Positions 51,351 through 62,872 are shown, counted from the first letter of the stretch. The stretch: 64,000 nucleotides of DNA from Thalassobaculaceae bacterium (GCA_965228875.1 OZ245843.1:4322616-4386615); one strand, 5' to 3'. The notes: generated from the sequence alone by a model not told the origin. A program made the numbers and translations.

Positions 51351-52064
51351 TTACTCCGCCGTCGCCCGCGCCAAAAGCTTCTCCGCATAGGGCAGGATAC
51401 GCTCGACGATGATGTCCACCCCCTGCCTGTTGGGGTGGATGCCGTCGGGCTGGTTCAGCGACAGGTCGCCGGCGACCCCGTCGAGGAAGAACGGGTAGAA
51501 GATCACGTCGTGCGCGGCGGCGAGGTCCTCGAACACCTGGGCGAACGCGCTGCCGTACTCCCGGCCCATGTTGGGTGGGGCGAGCATGCCGGCGAACAGG
51601 ACCGGGATCTCCCGGTCCGCCAGCGCGGTCAGGATGGCCTCGAGGTTGCGGCGGGTGTCCTCCGGCGGAATGCCGCGCAGCCCGTCGTTGCCGCCCAGTT
51701 CGACGATCGCCGCATCCGGTGTCTCGGCCAGCGACCACGCGAGCCTGGCGGCGCCGCCGGCGGTGGTGTCGCCGGAGACCCCGGCATTGATCACCGTCAC
51801 CTCGTGCCCGGACGCCCGGAGCGCGGCTTCCAGGCGGGTGGGAAAGGCGTCCTCCTCGGCCAGTCCGTAGCCGGCCATCAGCGAGTCACCGAGGCCCAGG
51901 ATGGTCACCGGCTCGGCAAGTGCGGGCCTGGCGGCGCCGATTACCATCCAAAACGCGAACAGCGCCGCCGCCGCCGCATTGATCCGTCGGCGAACGGGCC
52001 CATATCGGGCCGAGGCCGTTGGCGTCTCGGCGCCGGACCTTTGATCTAGAAGGGAACGCGACAC
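51351..52064 (-). CDS. Arylesterase / TesA-like SGNH hydrolase
   Basis: GDSL, NAGVSGDTT, GGND, DGIHP; start uncertain. Confidence 0.88.
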   Translation of the reverse strand: MSRSLLDQRSGAETPTASARYGPVRRRINAAAAALFAFWMVIGAARPALAEPVTILGLGDSLMAGYGLAEEDAFPTRLEAALRASGHEVTVINAGVSGDTTAGGAARLAWSLAETPDAAIVELGGNDGLRGIPPEDTRRNLEAILTALADREIPVLFAGMLAPPNMGREYGSAFAQVFEDLAAAHDVIFYPFFLDGVAGDLSLNQPDGIHPNRQGVDIIVERILPYAEKLLARATAE

Positions 52065-52065
52065 G

Positions 52066-52788
52066 ATGACCTCGTCTTCCGGTGACCCGATCGTCCGCCT
52101 CAAGGGCGTCACCCTGAACCTGAGAAGTGCGGCGGGCGAGGTCAATGTCCTTCGCGGAATCGATCTGAGCGTCGACGCCGGCGAGACGGTCGGCCTCGTC
52201 GGGCCGTCCGGCGCCGGCAAGTCGACGCTGATGATGGTCACCGCCGGCCTCGAGAACCCGACCGCCGGCAGCGTGAGCGTGGCCGGGACCGAGCTTGTCG
52301 GGCTCGACGAGGACACGCTTGCCCGGTTCCGCCGCGACACCGTCGGCATCGTCTTCCAGGCATTCCGCCTGGTGCCGACCATGACGGCGCTGGAGAACGT
52401 GGCGGTGCCGCTGGAATTGGCCGGACGCGACGACGCGTTCGGGGTCGCGGCCGAGGCCCTCTCGCGGGTCGGGCTCAACCATCGCCTGGACCACTATCCG
52501 GAACAGCTTTCCGGCGGCGAACAGCAACGGGTGGCGATCGCACGCGCCCTGGTCGCCAAGCCGCGTCTGCTGCTGGCGGACGAGCCGACCGGCAACCTGG
52601 ATGGCGCCACCGGCGATCAGATCATCGACCTGCTGTTCGGCCTCGCCCGCGATGACGGCACCACCCTGATGCTCATCACACACGACACCAGCCTCGCCGC
52701 CCGGTGCGGCCGCATCGTCAAGATCGCCGATGGTCGGGTGGTCGAGGACACCTCAGGGCTTGCCAGCACCGACCAGGCGGCGGAGTAG
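52066..52788 (+). CDS. ABC transporter ATP-binding protein (YbbA-like)
   Basis: [24 protein letters not shown]. Confidence 0.92.
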   Translation: MTSSSGDPIVRLKGVTLNLRSAAGEVNVLRGIDLSVDAGETVGLVGPSGAGKSTLMMVTAGLENPTAGSVSVAGTELVGLDEDTLARFRRDTVGIVFQAFRLVPTMTALENVAVPLELAGRDDAFGVAAEALSRVGLNHRLDHYPEQLSGGEQQRVAIARALVAKPRLLLADEPTGNLDGATGDQIIDLLFGLARDDGTTLMLITHDTSLAARCGRIVKIADGRVVEDTSGLASTDQAAE

Positions 52789-52792
52789 GCCT

Positions 52793-55318
52793 ATGCGTAC
52801 CGGTCCGCTCGCCCTGCGCCTGGCCCGGCGCGAACTCCGCACCGGCCTGAAGGGTTTCCGCATCTTCCTCGCCTGCCTGGCCCTCGGGGTGGCGGCGATC
52901 GCCGCCGTCGGTTCGGTCTCCTCGGCCATGCTGTCGGGCCTCGAGGGGGACGCGCGACGGATCCTTGGCGGCGACGTGGCGCTGCGCATCGTCCACCGCC
53001 CGGCCGAGCCGAACCAGCTCGCCTTCATGCGCGCGTCCGGCACGGTGTCCAGCGTCGCGTCGATGCGGGCGATGGCCCGGGCCGAGGACGGATCCACCAA
53101 TGCCCTGGTCGAGCTGAAGGCGGTCGACGGCGCCTATCCGCTGGTCGGCGCGGTGACGTTGGACCGGGACATGACCCTGGACGAGGCCCTGGCGCCGCGA
53201 GACGGCGTGCACGGGGCGGTGGCGGAGGAGAGTCTGGTCCGCCGGCTGGACATCGCCGTCGGCGACAGGGTGCGTCTCGGCGACGCGACGCTGGAACTCC
53301 GCGCGCTGATCACCGGCGAGCCCGACCGGCTGGTCAATTTCGCCAGTTTCGGGCCTCGGCTTATGATCTCCGAGACGGCGGTTGCCGAAACCGGACTGGT
53401 TCAGGTGGGCTCCCTGGTCCGCCACTACTACCGGGTCGTCCTGCCTGCCGCCACCGACCGCAGGGGGTGGATCGAGGAACTCGGGGAACGATTTCCGGAT
53501 GCCGGCTGGCGGGTCAGCTCGCTGGAGAACGCGACTCCCGGTTACGACACCTTCGTCAATCGGGTGACCCTGTTCCTGACCCTGGTCGGGCTGACCGCGC
53601 TGCTGGTCGGCGGCGTCGGCGTGGCCATGGCCGTGCGCAGCTACCTCGACGGCAAGACGGAGACGGTTGCGACGCTCAAGTGTCTCGGCGCGCCGAGCGG
53701 GCTGGTGTTCCGGGTCTATCTGCTGGTGGTGACGATCCTGGCCTCGGTCGGCACCGCGATCGGCCTCGTGGTCGGCGCGCTCGCCCCGTTGGTCGCGGCG
53801 AAGCTGGCGGCGCCGCTGCTGCCGTTCACCGTGCCGGTCGCGGTCTATCCGGCGCCGCTGGCGCTGGCCGCCCTGTTCGGCCTGCTGACGGCGGTCGCGT
53901 TCTCTCTGTGGTCGCTGGGTCGAGCCTGCGAGGTCAAGGCGGCCCAGCTGTTCCGCGCGGCGATCGCGCCGACCGGTGGCTGGCCCCGACCGCGCTACCT
54001 GGCGGCGTTGGCCGCCGCGGTCGCCGCCCTGTGCGCGCTCGCCATTCTGACGGCGACGGATCCCTGGCTCGCGGCCTGGTTCATCGTCGGTGCCGCCGGC
54101 GCGATCGCGCTGTTCCTGGCGGCATCGTGGCTGATCATGGCGGGTGCGCGCCGGGCCGGCAGGCCACGCGATCCGGAACTGCGCATGGCGCTGGCCAACC
54201 TGCACCGGCCGGGGGCGCCGACCCCGGGTGTCGTTCTGGCGCTGGGCCTCGGGCTGACGGTGCTGGTGACCATCGCGCTGATCCAGGCCAATCTCTCGCG
54301 TCAGGTCGACGAGCGTATTCCGGACGTGGCGCCGGCGTATTTCTTCATCGACATCCAGCCGCATCAGAAGGAGCGGTTCCTGGAGGTCCTGGCCGGCATC
54401 GACGGCGTCGGCGAGATCCGGACCACGCCGATGGTGCGCGGGCGGATCGTCCGCATCAACGGCGTGCCGGCGGACGAGGCGGAGGTCGCGCCGGATGTCT
54501 CCTGGGCCCTGCGCGGCGATCGCGGGCTGACCTATTCGGCCCTGCCGCCGGAGAACTCCGAGGTCGTGACGGGAGAATGGTGGCCGGCCGACTATGCCGG
54601 ACCGCCGCTGGTGTCGTTCGACACCAACCTGGCCCGCGGATTCGGGGTTGGGATCGGCGATACGATAACCCTCAACGTGCTTGGGCGGCCGATCACGGTA
54701 GAGATCGGCAACCTGCGCAAGATCGACTGGGGCTCGCTCGGCATGAACTTCACGTTCGTGTTCGCGCCGGGCACGCTGGAGGCCGCGCCGCATTCGGTGA
54801 TCGCGACGGTGCATGTCGACGATCCCGCCCTGGAGGCGACGGTTCAGCGGGCGGTAACCGATGCGCTGCCCAACGTGACCGCGATCCGGGTGAAGGACGC
54901 GCTTGAGGGTGCCAACCGGATTCTCTCGGCGGTCGCCATCGCGGTACGATCGACCGCCGCGGTGACGCTGATCGCCGGCACCCTGGTCCTGGCCGGCGCC
55001 ATTGCCGCCGGGCACGCCCGACGGGTCCGCGATGCCATCATCCTCAAGGTCCTGGGAGCGACCCGCGGACGGATCGTCAAGACCTACCTGCTGGAATACG
55101 GACTCCTGGGGCTGTCGACGGCGGTCATCGCCTCGGCGATCGGGACGATCGCGTCCGCCGTCGTGGTGGTCGAGGTCATGCGTGGCGACTTCGTGCTGCC
55201 GCCGGGTGTCCTGGTCCTGACCGCCGCCTTGGCCATGGGCATCACCATCAGCTTCGGGTTCGTCGGCACCTGGCGGGCCCTCGGCCAGCGTCCGGCGCCG
55301 ATGCTGCGCAACGAATGA
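52793..55318 (+). CDS. ABC transporter permease, FtsX family (YbbP-like)
   Basis: Two FtsX-type TM blocks; tesA-ybbA-ybbP arrangement. Confidence 0.9.
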   Translation: MRTGPLALRLARRELRTGLKGFRIFLACLALGVAAIAAVGSVSSAMLSGLEGDARRILGGDVALRIVHRPAEPNQLAFMRASGTVSSVASMRAMARAEDGSTNALVELKAVDGAYPLVGAVTLDRDMTLDEALAPRDGVHGAVAEESLVRRLDIAVGDRVRLGDATLELRALITGEPDRLVNFASFGPRLMISETAVAETGLVQVGSLVRHYYRVVLPAATDRRGWIEELGERFPDAGWRVSSLENATPGYDTFVNRVTLFLTLVGLTALLVGGVGVAMAVRSYLDGKTETVATLKCLGAPSGLVFRVYLLVVTILASVGTAIGLVVGALAPLVAAKLAAPLLPFTVPVAVYPAPLALAALFGLLTAVAFSLWSLGRACEVKAAQLFRAAIAPTGGWPRPRYLAALAAAVAALCALAILTATDPWLAAWFIVGAAGAIALFLAASWLIMAGARRAGRPRDPELRMALANLHRPGAPTPGVVLALGLGLTVLVTIALIQANLSRQVDERIPDVAPAYFFIDIQPHQKERFLEVLAGIDGVGEIRTTPMVRGRIVRINGVPADEAEVAPDVSWALRGDRGLTYSALPPENSEVVTGEWWPADYAGPPLVSFDTNLARGFGVGIGDTITLNVLGRPITVEIGNLRKIDWGSLGMNFTFVFAPGTLEAAPHSVIATVHVDDPALEATVQRAVTDALPNVTAIRVKDALEGANRILSAVAIAVRSTAAVTLIAGTLVLAGAIAAGHARRVRDAIILKVLGATRGRIVKTYLLEYGLLGLSTAVIASAIGTIASAVVVVEVMRGDFVLPPGVLVLTAALAMGITISFGFVGTWRALGQRPAPMLRNE

Positions 55319-55409
55319 ACCGTCGAGCGACGTGTTGTCGGTGTTTTTAACGGGATTTTAGGTTTCGTCGTCGCTCAATGGCCCGTTGCTGCAGGCGGGC
55401 GAATTCTCG

Positions 55410-57407
55410 ATGGCGCGATTTGTTGAGGACATTCAGTTGGAGGCGGCGGGCGAGGCCCGGCTCGAGACGTTGCGCGCCGCGATCGTGCCGCTCGACCAGC
55501 CGGTCGCCGTCGTCGACCTGACATCCGGCGTACCGGTCTGCGCGGCGGTCAACGATCGGGCGCGCGCCCTGATCGTTGCGGTGGACGGAGACCCGACGGG
55601 ACGACCGGTCGAGCAGGCGTTCGTGGGCGAGGCGCGGCCGGCGATCGCCGCTACGCTGGACGCCGCGCGTACCGGTTGCGAGTGCTCGGTTCGGCTTGCC
55701 CTGCGTTTGCATCAAGGGGAGTCCGTCCTGGCGACCGTCAGGGTTGTCCCCTTCGGCGGTCATGTCGTGTGGTATCTGTCGCAGGCTTGCGCGGAGGGGG
55801 CGGACGCCCTGGCGCTCTCGGCCGCAGAAAACCGGGCGGCGATCGCGGAAAGCCGGTTCGACGCCATGCTCAGTTCCGGCGTGGATCTGATGATCGTCTT
55901 CGACCGCGACGATCGCGCGGTGGCCGTCAACGACCAGTGGCTCAGCACCATGGGCTTCGCCTCACGGGACGAGGTGATCGGACGCACCGGGCTCGAAATC
56001 CTCGACCGGCGGGTCGACCGGGTCGACTTCGCGGCTGCCGGGTACTCGAGCCGTGAGGCCTGGTGCGAGGCGTGGATCGGTGTGCGGGAGCGTGGCCTGG
56101 GACAGGGCGTCTTCGTTCCGATGAAGAACGGTCGCGTCCTGTTGTCGCGGACCCGCTTAACGCCGGACGGCGAACGCATCAGCATCGCGACGGACGTCAC
56201 CGAGCTCGCACGCAACCGCCAGCGCATGCGAGAAGCGGTCCAGGCGATCGGTCAGGCCTTCGCGCTGTTCGATGCCGGGCAGCGGCTCACGGTCTGGAAC
56301 AATCACTTCGCCAACCTGGTGAGTACGTTGGACCTGCGGGAAGGGACCCGCTACGCCGAGGTCGCCCGGGCATTCGAGCAGTCGAGCGGCACGCTGACGG
56401 CCTGGACCGGCGAGCCTCTCACGGCGGAGAAGCTGATCGAGCGCGCGCCGGTGCCCGAGCAGCGCTTCGCGTTCGAGCTGGTTGCCGAAACCGGTCACAC
56501 CCTGCGGATGCACGAGGACACCACGCGGGAACGGGGGCGGGTGGTGATCGGCCACGACATCACCGAACTGAAAGGACATCAACTGGCGCTCGAGTACCGG
56601 GTCGAGGATCTCGGCCGGGCCCGCAAGGAGGCGGAGCACCACGCCGCGCGCGCCACCGCGATGGCCAACCTGCTGAACGCGGAGAAGGAACGCGCCGAGG
56701 CCGCCAGTCGCAGCAAGTCGCAGTTTCTCGCGAACATGAGCCACGAACTGCGAACGCCGCTGAACGCCATCATCGGGTTCTCCGAAATCCTGAAGAACGA
56801 GACGTTCGGGGCGATGGGCCATGACCGCTACAGGGGCTATGCCGACGACATCCATGCCAGCGGCCATCACCTGTTGAGCCTGATCAACGATGTCCTCGAC
56901 ATGGCCAAGATCGAGGCCGGCAAGTACGAACCGGTGCTCACGCCCAATGCGGTCGACGATCTGGTCCACGAGGTCCGGCGGATGATCAAGGGGCGTATGA
57001 CCGAGGCCGGCCTGACGTTCAGTGTCGACATGCCGCCGGCGGGGTTGGTGGCGGTCTTCGACCGTCGTGCGATCAAGCAGGTGCTGATCAACCTGCTGGC
57101 CAACGCGATCCGTTTCACCGGAGCCGGCGGCAGTATAGGCGTTTCCGTCGCCACCGACCCGTGGGGGCTGGTCCTGCGGGTGGTCGATACCGGTATCGGC
57201 ATCCCCAGGGAGCATCTAGACCGCATGCTCGAGCCGTTCGAGCAGATGTCGAGCACGACGCAGCGCGGCCAGGAGGGAACCGGTCTCGGCCTGCCGCTCT
57301 CCAAGGCGCTGGTCGAGGCCCATGGCGGCCAGCTGACGATCGACAGCATCGTCGGCAAGGGGACGGAAGTGACCCTTCGGCTTCCCCACGCCCGCGCGCC
57401 GGCCTGA
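55410..57407 (+). CDS. Cytoplasmic multi-PAS histidine kinase (PleC/DivJ-like)
   Basis: FLANMSHELRTPLNAIIGFSE, KIEAG, GTGLGL; no TM segment. Confidence 0.88.
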   Translation: MARFVEDIQLEAAGEARLETLRAAIVPLDQPVAVVDLTSGVPVCAAVNDRARALIVAVDGDPTGRPVEQAFVGEARPAIAATLDAARTGCECSVRLALRLHQGESVLATVRVVPFGGHVVWYLSQACAEGADALALSAAENRAAIAESRFDAMLSSGVDLMIVFDRDDRAVAVNDQWLSTMGFASRDEVIGRTGLEILDRRVDRVDFAAAGYSSREAWCEAWIGVRERGLGQGVFVPMKNGRVLLSRTRLTPDGERISIATDVTELARNRQRMREAVQAIGQAFALFDAGQRLTVWNNHFANLVSTLDLREGTRYAEVARAFEQSSGTLTAWTGEPLTAEKLIERAPVPEQRFAFELVAETGHTLRMHEDTTRERGRVVIGHDITELKGHQLALEYRVEDLGRARKEAEHHAARATAMANLLNAEKERAEAASRSKSQFLANMSHELRTPLNAIIGFSEILKNETFGAMGHDRYRGYADDIHASGHHLLSLINDVLDMAKIEAGKYEPVLTPNAVDDLVHEVRRMIKGRMTEAGLTFSVDMPPAGLVAVFDRRAIKQVLINLLANAIRFTGAGGSIGVSVATDPWGLVLRVVDTGIGIPREHLDRMLEPFEQMSSTTQRGQEGTGLGLPLSKALVEAHGGQLTIDSIVGKGTEVTLRLPHARAPA

Positions 57408-57499
57408 TCGGCGTGCGGCGGAACGGGTTCAGACAAAATTAACGCCGATCCTTCAAGAATGGCCGACGGGTGTTCATACCCGCAGACAGGAGGCCGGCG

Positions 57500-59506
57500 A
57501 TGTCGGTTGGCATTCACACCCTCGAGACCCCGATGGTCGACGGCGCGGACGTCCTGAGCGACGCTGCGGACGTCCTCGATTCGGCGTTTCTCGGTGCGGT
57601 GCTGCTGTCGCCGATCCGGTCCGCCGACGGCACCGTGGTCGATATCCGGTGTGGCGATGTGACACCTGGCGGTGCCGCGATCCTGCAGGCGACGGTGCGC
57701 GAGCTGGTGGGGACGAGCCTGAAAGCGCGCCTGCGGTCGTGGATGGCGCCCGACAGCCTGCGCATCGCCGCCGCCGTGCTGGCTGACGGGCGTCCGGTCG
57801 ATCGCGTCGTCGGCGCACGCAAAGCCGGCGACGGCAAGCCGCTGCGGATGCGGTTCGCTCCGCATCGGGCCGGCGTGCTGCTGACCTGGAGCGACGCCAG
57901 GGCCGACACCGAACTGGAGATGCGGCTCGAGGCGGCCGAGCGTCGCGCGGCGACCGCCGAGGCGCGTCTGGTCGACAGCTTCGTGGCCAGCCCCGATCCG
58001 TTCGCGCTTTTCGCCGTCGACGACCGGTTGGTGCTCTGCAACGAGGCCTGGATCGAGATCCTCGGCCTGGGCGAGGTCGATCCGGTGATCGGTCGGCGCT
58101 TCGAGGAACTCATGCGGGATGGTAGGCAGGACTGCTGTCATCCCGATGACCCCAGGTCGGCTTGCGAAGGCTACGTCCGGTGGCGCCAGGAGGCGCGCCT
58201 GTCGCTGACCGACGACACCTACGAGATGCCGCTGCCGGACGGTCGCACCTTCCGGATGCGGGAACGGCGGACGCGGGACGGCGGCATCGTCAGCGTCGGG
58301 TCCGAGGTCACCGAACTGATCCAGCAGCGCGAGGTGATGAACCGGGCGCTGGAGGCGATCAACAGCCGGGTCGCCATCTTCGATCCGGACCGCCGGCTGG
58401 TGGTGTGGAACCAGTCGTTCGCCCGGGTGATCGGCGAGGACATCATCCAGGCGGGGATGGCGTTCGAGGCCTGCGCGCGGATCAACATCGATCGCACGGA
58501 CGTCGTCACCACCCATCGCGGCGAGGAGGTCGATCTCGAGTCGCGGCTGGCGCTGCACTACGAGAATCGCCCCTACCTGGAGTTCGAACGCTGGTACCCG
58601 GACGGATCAGTGTCGTTGATGACGGAGATCCGGACCGATGACGACTGGGTCGTGGTCACAGGTACGACGATCACCGAGCTGAAGTCCAAGGAGGCGGTGC
58701 TGCGAGCCCGGGTCGAGGAACTCGACGCCGCCCGCGCGGAGGCCGAACGCCATGCCGCCGAGCTGGCCGCTGTGACCCGTCAGCTCACCGTGGAGAAGGA
58801 GCGCGCCGAGGCCGCCAGCCGCACCAAGTCCCGGTTCCTCGCCAACATGAGCCACGAACTGCGCACGCCGCTGAATGCGATTCTCGGCTTCTCGGAGGTC
58901 CTGAAGCTCGAGTCCTTCGGGCCGCTCGGCTATCCGCGTTACCGCGAGTACGCCGAGGACATCCATGACAGCGGCCGTCACCTGCTCAGCCTGATCAACG
59001 ATATTCTGGACATGTCGAAGGTCGAGGCCGGCAAGTACCGTCTGCTCGTCGAGGAGGTGATGCTGTCCAGCGTCGTGGACACGGCCATGCGGATGGTGCG
59101 CGGCCGCGCCGCCGAGGCCGAGCTTCACCTGTCCGTGCCGCGGGTCGACCCGGAGTTGAGCCTGCGGCTCGATCCCAGGGCGATCAAGCAGGTGCTCATC
59201 AACCTCCTGGTCAACGCCATCAAGTTCACGCCGGCGGGCGGCTTCGTCGAACTGGAGTGCGAGGTCGAGGCCGAGTGCGTGCGCCTCGTGGTCCGCGACA
59301 CCGGAACCGGCATCGATCCGCAGGAGATCCCCCGTCTGCTGCGGCCGTTCGAGCAGGCCCACTCCGTCGACAACCACCGCAGCCGCGGCACCGGTCTCGG
59401 CCTGCCGTTGAGCAACGCGCTGGTCGAACTGCACGGCGGCACCCTGACCGTGGAGAGCACGCTCGGCAGCGGTACGGCGGTGACGATCGCCCTGCCGCGC
59501 CGCTGA
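57500..59506 (+). CDS. Cytoplasmic multi-PAS histidine kinase (PleC/DivJ-like), paralogue of the preceding gene
   Basis: FLANMSHELRTPLNAILGFSE, GTGLGL; AGGAGG RBS. Confidence 0.88.
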   Translation: MSVGIHTLETPMVDGADVLSDAADVLDSAFLGAVLLSPIRSADGTVVDIRCGDVTPGGAAILQATVRELVGTSLKARLRSWMAPDSLRIAAAVLADGRPVDRVVGARKAGDGKPLRMRFAPHRAGVLLTWSDARADTELEMRLEAAERRAATAEARLVDSFVASPDPFALFAVDDRLVLCNEAWIEILGLGEVDPVIGRRFEELMRDGRQDCCHPDDPRSACEGYVRWRQEARLSLTDDTYEMPLPDGRTFRMRERRTRDGGIVSVGSEVTELIQQREVMNRALEAINSRVAIFDPDRRLVVWNQSFARVIGEDIIQAGMAFEACARINIDRTDVVTTHRGEEVDLESRLALHYENRPYLEFERWYPDGSVSLMTEIRTDDDWVVVTGTTITELKSKEAVLRARVEELDAARAEAERHAAELAAVTRQLTVEKERAEAASRTKSRFLANMSHELRTPLNAILGFSEVLKLESFGPLGYPRYREYAEDIHDSGRHLLSLINDILDMSKVEAGKYRLLVEEVMLSSVVDTAMRMVRGRAAEAELHLSVPRVDPELSLRLDPRAIKQVLINLLVNAIKFTPAGGFVELECEVEAECVRLVVRDTGTGIDPQEIPRLLRPFEQAHSVDNHRSRGTGLGLPLSNALVELHGGTLTVESTLGSGTAVTIALPRR

Positions 59507-59641
59507 ACCGACGGCCTGCCGGTCCGCGCCCCCTTGCCGCGGGCTGGCCGCTCCCATACAACGCCGCGCGTGAAGCGTTCGCGCCGCCGGGGCGGGTCCC
59601 GACGGCCCGCGACGCGCCTGAAGGGAGCCTCGAGCAAGCCA

Positions 59642-60862
59642 ATGTCCGATACCGAGTCCGTGAACAAAGTCGTCCTCGCCTATTCCGGTGGCCTGGACAC
59701 CTCGATCATCCTGCGCTGGCTCCAGGACACCTACCGATGCGAGGTCGTGACCTTCACGGCGGATCTCGGCCAGGGCGAGGACATCGAGCCGGCCCGCGAG
59801 AAGGCCAGGCTCATGGGCATCAAGGAGATCTATATCGAGGACGTGCGCGAGGAGTTCGTGCGCGACTTCGTGTTCCCGATGTTCCGGGCCAACACGGTGT
59901 ACGAGGGGACCTACCTCCTGGGCACCTCGATCGCGCGGCCGCTGATCGCCAAGCGCCAGATCGAGATCGCCAAGGAGACCGGGGCCGACGCGGTGGCCCA
60001 CGGGGCGACGGGCAAGGGCAACGACCAGGTCCGCTTCGAGCTCAGCTATTACGCGCTGAAGCCGGACATCAAGATCATCGCCCCCTGGCGCGAATGGGAT
60101 CTCGGCTCGCGCACCGCGCTGATCGACTACGCCGAGAAGCACCAGATCCCGGTGCCGAAAGACAAGCGTGGCGAGGCGCCGTTCTCGGTCGACGCGAACA
60201 TGCTGCACGTCTCCTCAGAGGGGAAGGTGCTCGAGGATCCGGCGGAGCCGGCGGGCGACTACATCTGGTCCAACACCATCGCGCCGGAAGAGGCGCCCGA
60301 CACCCCGACCATCGTCGAGATCGGCTTCGAGAAGGGCGATCCCGTCTCCATCGACGGCGTCGCGCTGAGCCCGGCGACCATCCTCACCAAGCTTAACGAG
60401 CTTGGCCGGGCGAACGGCATCGGCCGCCTCGACCTGGTGGAGAACCGTTTCGTCGGCATGAAGAACCGCGGCCTGTACGAGACCCCCGGCGGCACCATCA
60501 TGCTGATCGCCCACCGGGCCATGGAGAGCCTGACGCTGGACCGCGAGATGGGGCATCTGAAGGATGAGCTCATGCCGCGCTACGCCAAGCTGATCTACAA
60601 CGGCTTCTGGTTCGCGCCGGAGCGCGAGATGCTGCAGGCGGCCATCGACTTCAGCCAGAAGGACGTGACCGGTACGGTCACGCTCAAGCTGTACAAGGGC
60701 AACGCCATGGTGATCGGCCGCAAGGCCGAGAAGAGCCTGTTCTCCGCCGACTGGGTGACCTTCGAGGAGAGTGCGGTGGCCGATTACGACCACAAGGACG
60801 CCGAGGGCTTCATCAAGCTGAACGCGCTGCGCCTGCGCCTGAAGAAGATGCTCCAGGGCTGA
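59642..60862 (+). CDS. argG: Argininosuccinate synthase
   Basis: [38 protein letters not shown]. Confidence 0.97.
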   Translation: MSDTESVNKVVLAYSGGLDTSIILRWLQDTYRCEVVTFTADLGQGEDIEPAREKARLMGIKEIYIEDVREEFVRDFVFPMFRANTVYEGTYLLGTSIARPLIAKRQIEIAKETGADAVAHGATGKGNDQVRFELSYYALKPDIKIIAPWREWDLGSRTALIDYAEKHQIPVPKDKRGEAPFSVDANMLHVSSEGKVLEDPAEPAGDYIWSNTIAPEEAPDTPTIVEIGFEKGDPVSIDGVALSPATILTKLNELGRANGIGRLDLVENRFVGMKNRGLYETPGGTIMLIAHRAMESLTLDREMGHLKDELMPRYAKLIYNGFWFAPEREMLQAAIDFSQKDVTGTVTLKLYKGNAMVIGRKAEKSLFSADWVTFEESAVADYDHKDAEGFIKLNALRLRLKKMLQG

Positions 60863-60876
60863 GGCCGGGGCGGGCC

Positions 60877-61650
60877 GTGAGCGGCGGCCGGGTCGCGGTC
60901 GTCACCGGCGGCGCCCAGGGCATCGGGCGGGCGGTGGTCGAGCGTCTGGCCGCCGACGGCTGGCGCGTCGTCGCCCTCGACAGCGATCCCGAGGCGGTGG
61001 CGGACCTGTCCTGCCGGCTCGGCGATGGCGGTGCCGCCCGGCAGGGGGATGCCGGGCGCGAGAGCGACGTCGCCGGCGCCATCGCCGACGCGGTGGCGCG
61101 CTTCGGCCGGCTCGACGCCATCGTCAACAATGCCGGCATCAACGCCAACGGCCCGGTCGAGGCGCTCGATCTGGATGCCGTGCGCCGGGTGATGGACGTC
61201 AACGTGCTGTCGATCCTGGCGAGCGCCAAGCACGGGGCGGCCCATCTCCGCACCTCGGGCGGCGGCGCGATCGTCAACATCGCCTCGACCCGCGCGATGA
61301 TGAGCGAGCCCGACACCGAGGCCTACAGCGCGTCTAAGGGCGCGGTGGTCGCCGTGACCCACGCGCTAGCCGCCTCCCTCGGCACCCGCGAGGAGGCGCC
61401 GGAGGTGCCGCCGGTTCGGGTCAACTGCATCTCCCCCGGCTGGATCGACACCCGGCCCTGGAGCAAGCCCTCGGCCCACCGCCCGGCCCAGCATTCCGTC
61501 GCCGACCGCGCCCAGCATCCGGCCGGCCGCGTCGGCATGCCGGAGGACATCGCCGATGCCGTGCTCTACCTGCTCGGCGCGGAATTCGTGACCGGCGAGA
61601 ACCTGGTCATCGACGGCGGCATGACCCGCAAGATGATCTACGTGGAGTAG
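60877..61650 (+). CDS. Short-chain dehydrogenase/reductase
   Basis: TGGAQGIG, NNAG, YSASK. Confidence 0.9.
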   Translation: MSGGRVAVVTGGAQGIGRAVVERLAADGWRVVALDSDPEAVADLSCRLGDGGAARQGDAGRESDVAGAIADAVARFGRLDAIVNNAGINANGPVEALDLDAVRRVMDVNVLSILASAKHGAAHLRTSGGGAIVNIASTRAMMSEPDTEAYSASKGAVVAVTHALAASLGTREEAPEVPPVRVNCISPGWIDTRPWSKPSAHRPAQHSVADRAQHPAGRVGMPEDIADAVLYLLGAEFVTGENLVIDGGMTRKMIYVE

Positions 61651-61656
61651 GGGCGG

Positions 61657-62829
61657 CTATCCCCTGCCGGCGCTTGCGGCGATCTCCGAGCGCCGGACCA
61701 TCGCCCAGCCGTACTGTTTTTCCCACAGCGTGCACTCGGGATCCGCGCCCAGCGTCTCGGCGGCATGCAGGGCCCAGAACGGGTTGTACATCAGCTCGCG
61801 CCCGATCCCGATCAGGTCGGCGCGACCCTGCCGCAGGATCTCCTCCGCCTGGTGCGGATCGGTGATGACGCCGACGGCCATGGTCCCGATGCCGGTCTCC
61901 GCTTTCAGCCTTTCGGCGAACGGCACCTGGAAGCCCGGGCCTCGCGGCGCGCGCTGGAGCGGTTTTCCGGCGTAGTCGGCCCGATAGGCCGGCGGTCCCG
62001 CGATGCCGCCCGACGAGCAGTCGACGACATCGACTCCGCGCGACGCCAGGGCGCGCGCCAATGCGATGGAATCGTCCAGGGACCAGCCGTGCTCCGGCCC
62101 GTCGATCGCCGAGATCCGGCAGAACAGCGGCAGATCGTCCGGCCAGGCGGCCCGCACCGCTTCCGCGACTTCCAGGAGGAAGCGCATGCGCCCGCTGCGA
62201 TCGCCGCCGTAGCCGTCGTTGCGCTGGTTCGTCAGAGGCGAGAGAAAGCTGTGCAGCAGGTATCCGTGGGCGGCATGGATCTCGGCCACCTTGAAACCGG
62301 CGGCAAGCGACCGGCGAGCGGCGCCCGCGAAGGCCTCGACCAGGGTGGCGATCTCCGACGCCGACAGCGGATGCGGGGTCGGCCATCCGTCACCGACCGG
62401 CAGGGCCGATGGACCGACCGTCTGCCAGGGTTCCTTGCCCAGGTCCGGATTGTCGCCGTCCAACGGCTTGCCGCCGGTCCAGGGTTCGCGGACGGACGCC
62501 TTCCTGCCCGCATGGGCGAGTTGGACGGCCGGAACGGCTCCGGTCTCGGAGATGAGGTGCGCGATCGGTGCATAGGCATCGGCCTGCGCATCGGTCCACA
62601 GGCCGCAGCAGCCGTGGGTGATGCGGCCTTCCGGCGCCACCGCCGTCGCTTCGGTGAAGACCAGTCCGGTCCCGCCGCGCGCAAAGGTGCTCAGATGCGA
62701 GAGGTGCCAGTCGTTCGCCAGGCCATCCTTTGCCGAGTACATGCACAGCGGCGACAGGACCACCCGGTTGGGCAGGGTCAGGCCACGAAGCTGCAGTGGC
62801 TGGAAGAGCAGGGGGGTGTCGGTTGTCAT
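61657..62829 (-). CDS. NADH:flavin oxidoreductase (old yellow enzyme, NamA/YqjM-like)
   Basis: SPLCMYSA, QLAHAGRKAS, HAAHGYLLHSFLSP. Confidence 0.9.
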   Translation of the reverse strand: MTTDTPLLFQPLQLRGLTLPNRVVLSPLCMYSAKDGLANDWHLSHLSTFARGGTGLVFTEATAVAPEGRITHGCCGLWTDAQADAYAPIAHLISETGAVPAVQLAHAGRKASVREPWTGGKPLDGDNPDLGKEPWQTVGPSALPVGDGWPTPHPLSASEIATLVEAFAGAARRSLAAGFKVAEIHAAHGYLLHSFLSPLTNQRNDGYGGDRSGRMRFLLEVAEAVRAAWPDDLPLFCRISAIDGPEHGWSLDDSIALARALASRGVDVVDCSSGGIAGPPAYRADYAGKPLQRAPRGPGFQVPFAERLKAETGIGTMAVGVITDPHQAEEILRQGRADLIGIGRELMYNPFWALHAAETLGADPECTLWEKQYGWAMVRRSEIAASAGRG

Positions 62830-62872
62830 CGCGTTTCCTCGGTCTGGTGCGCCGCCGGTTTCGACTCGACGG

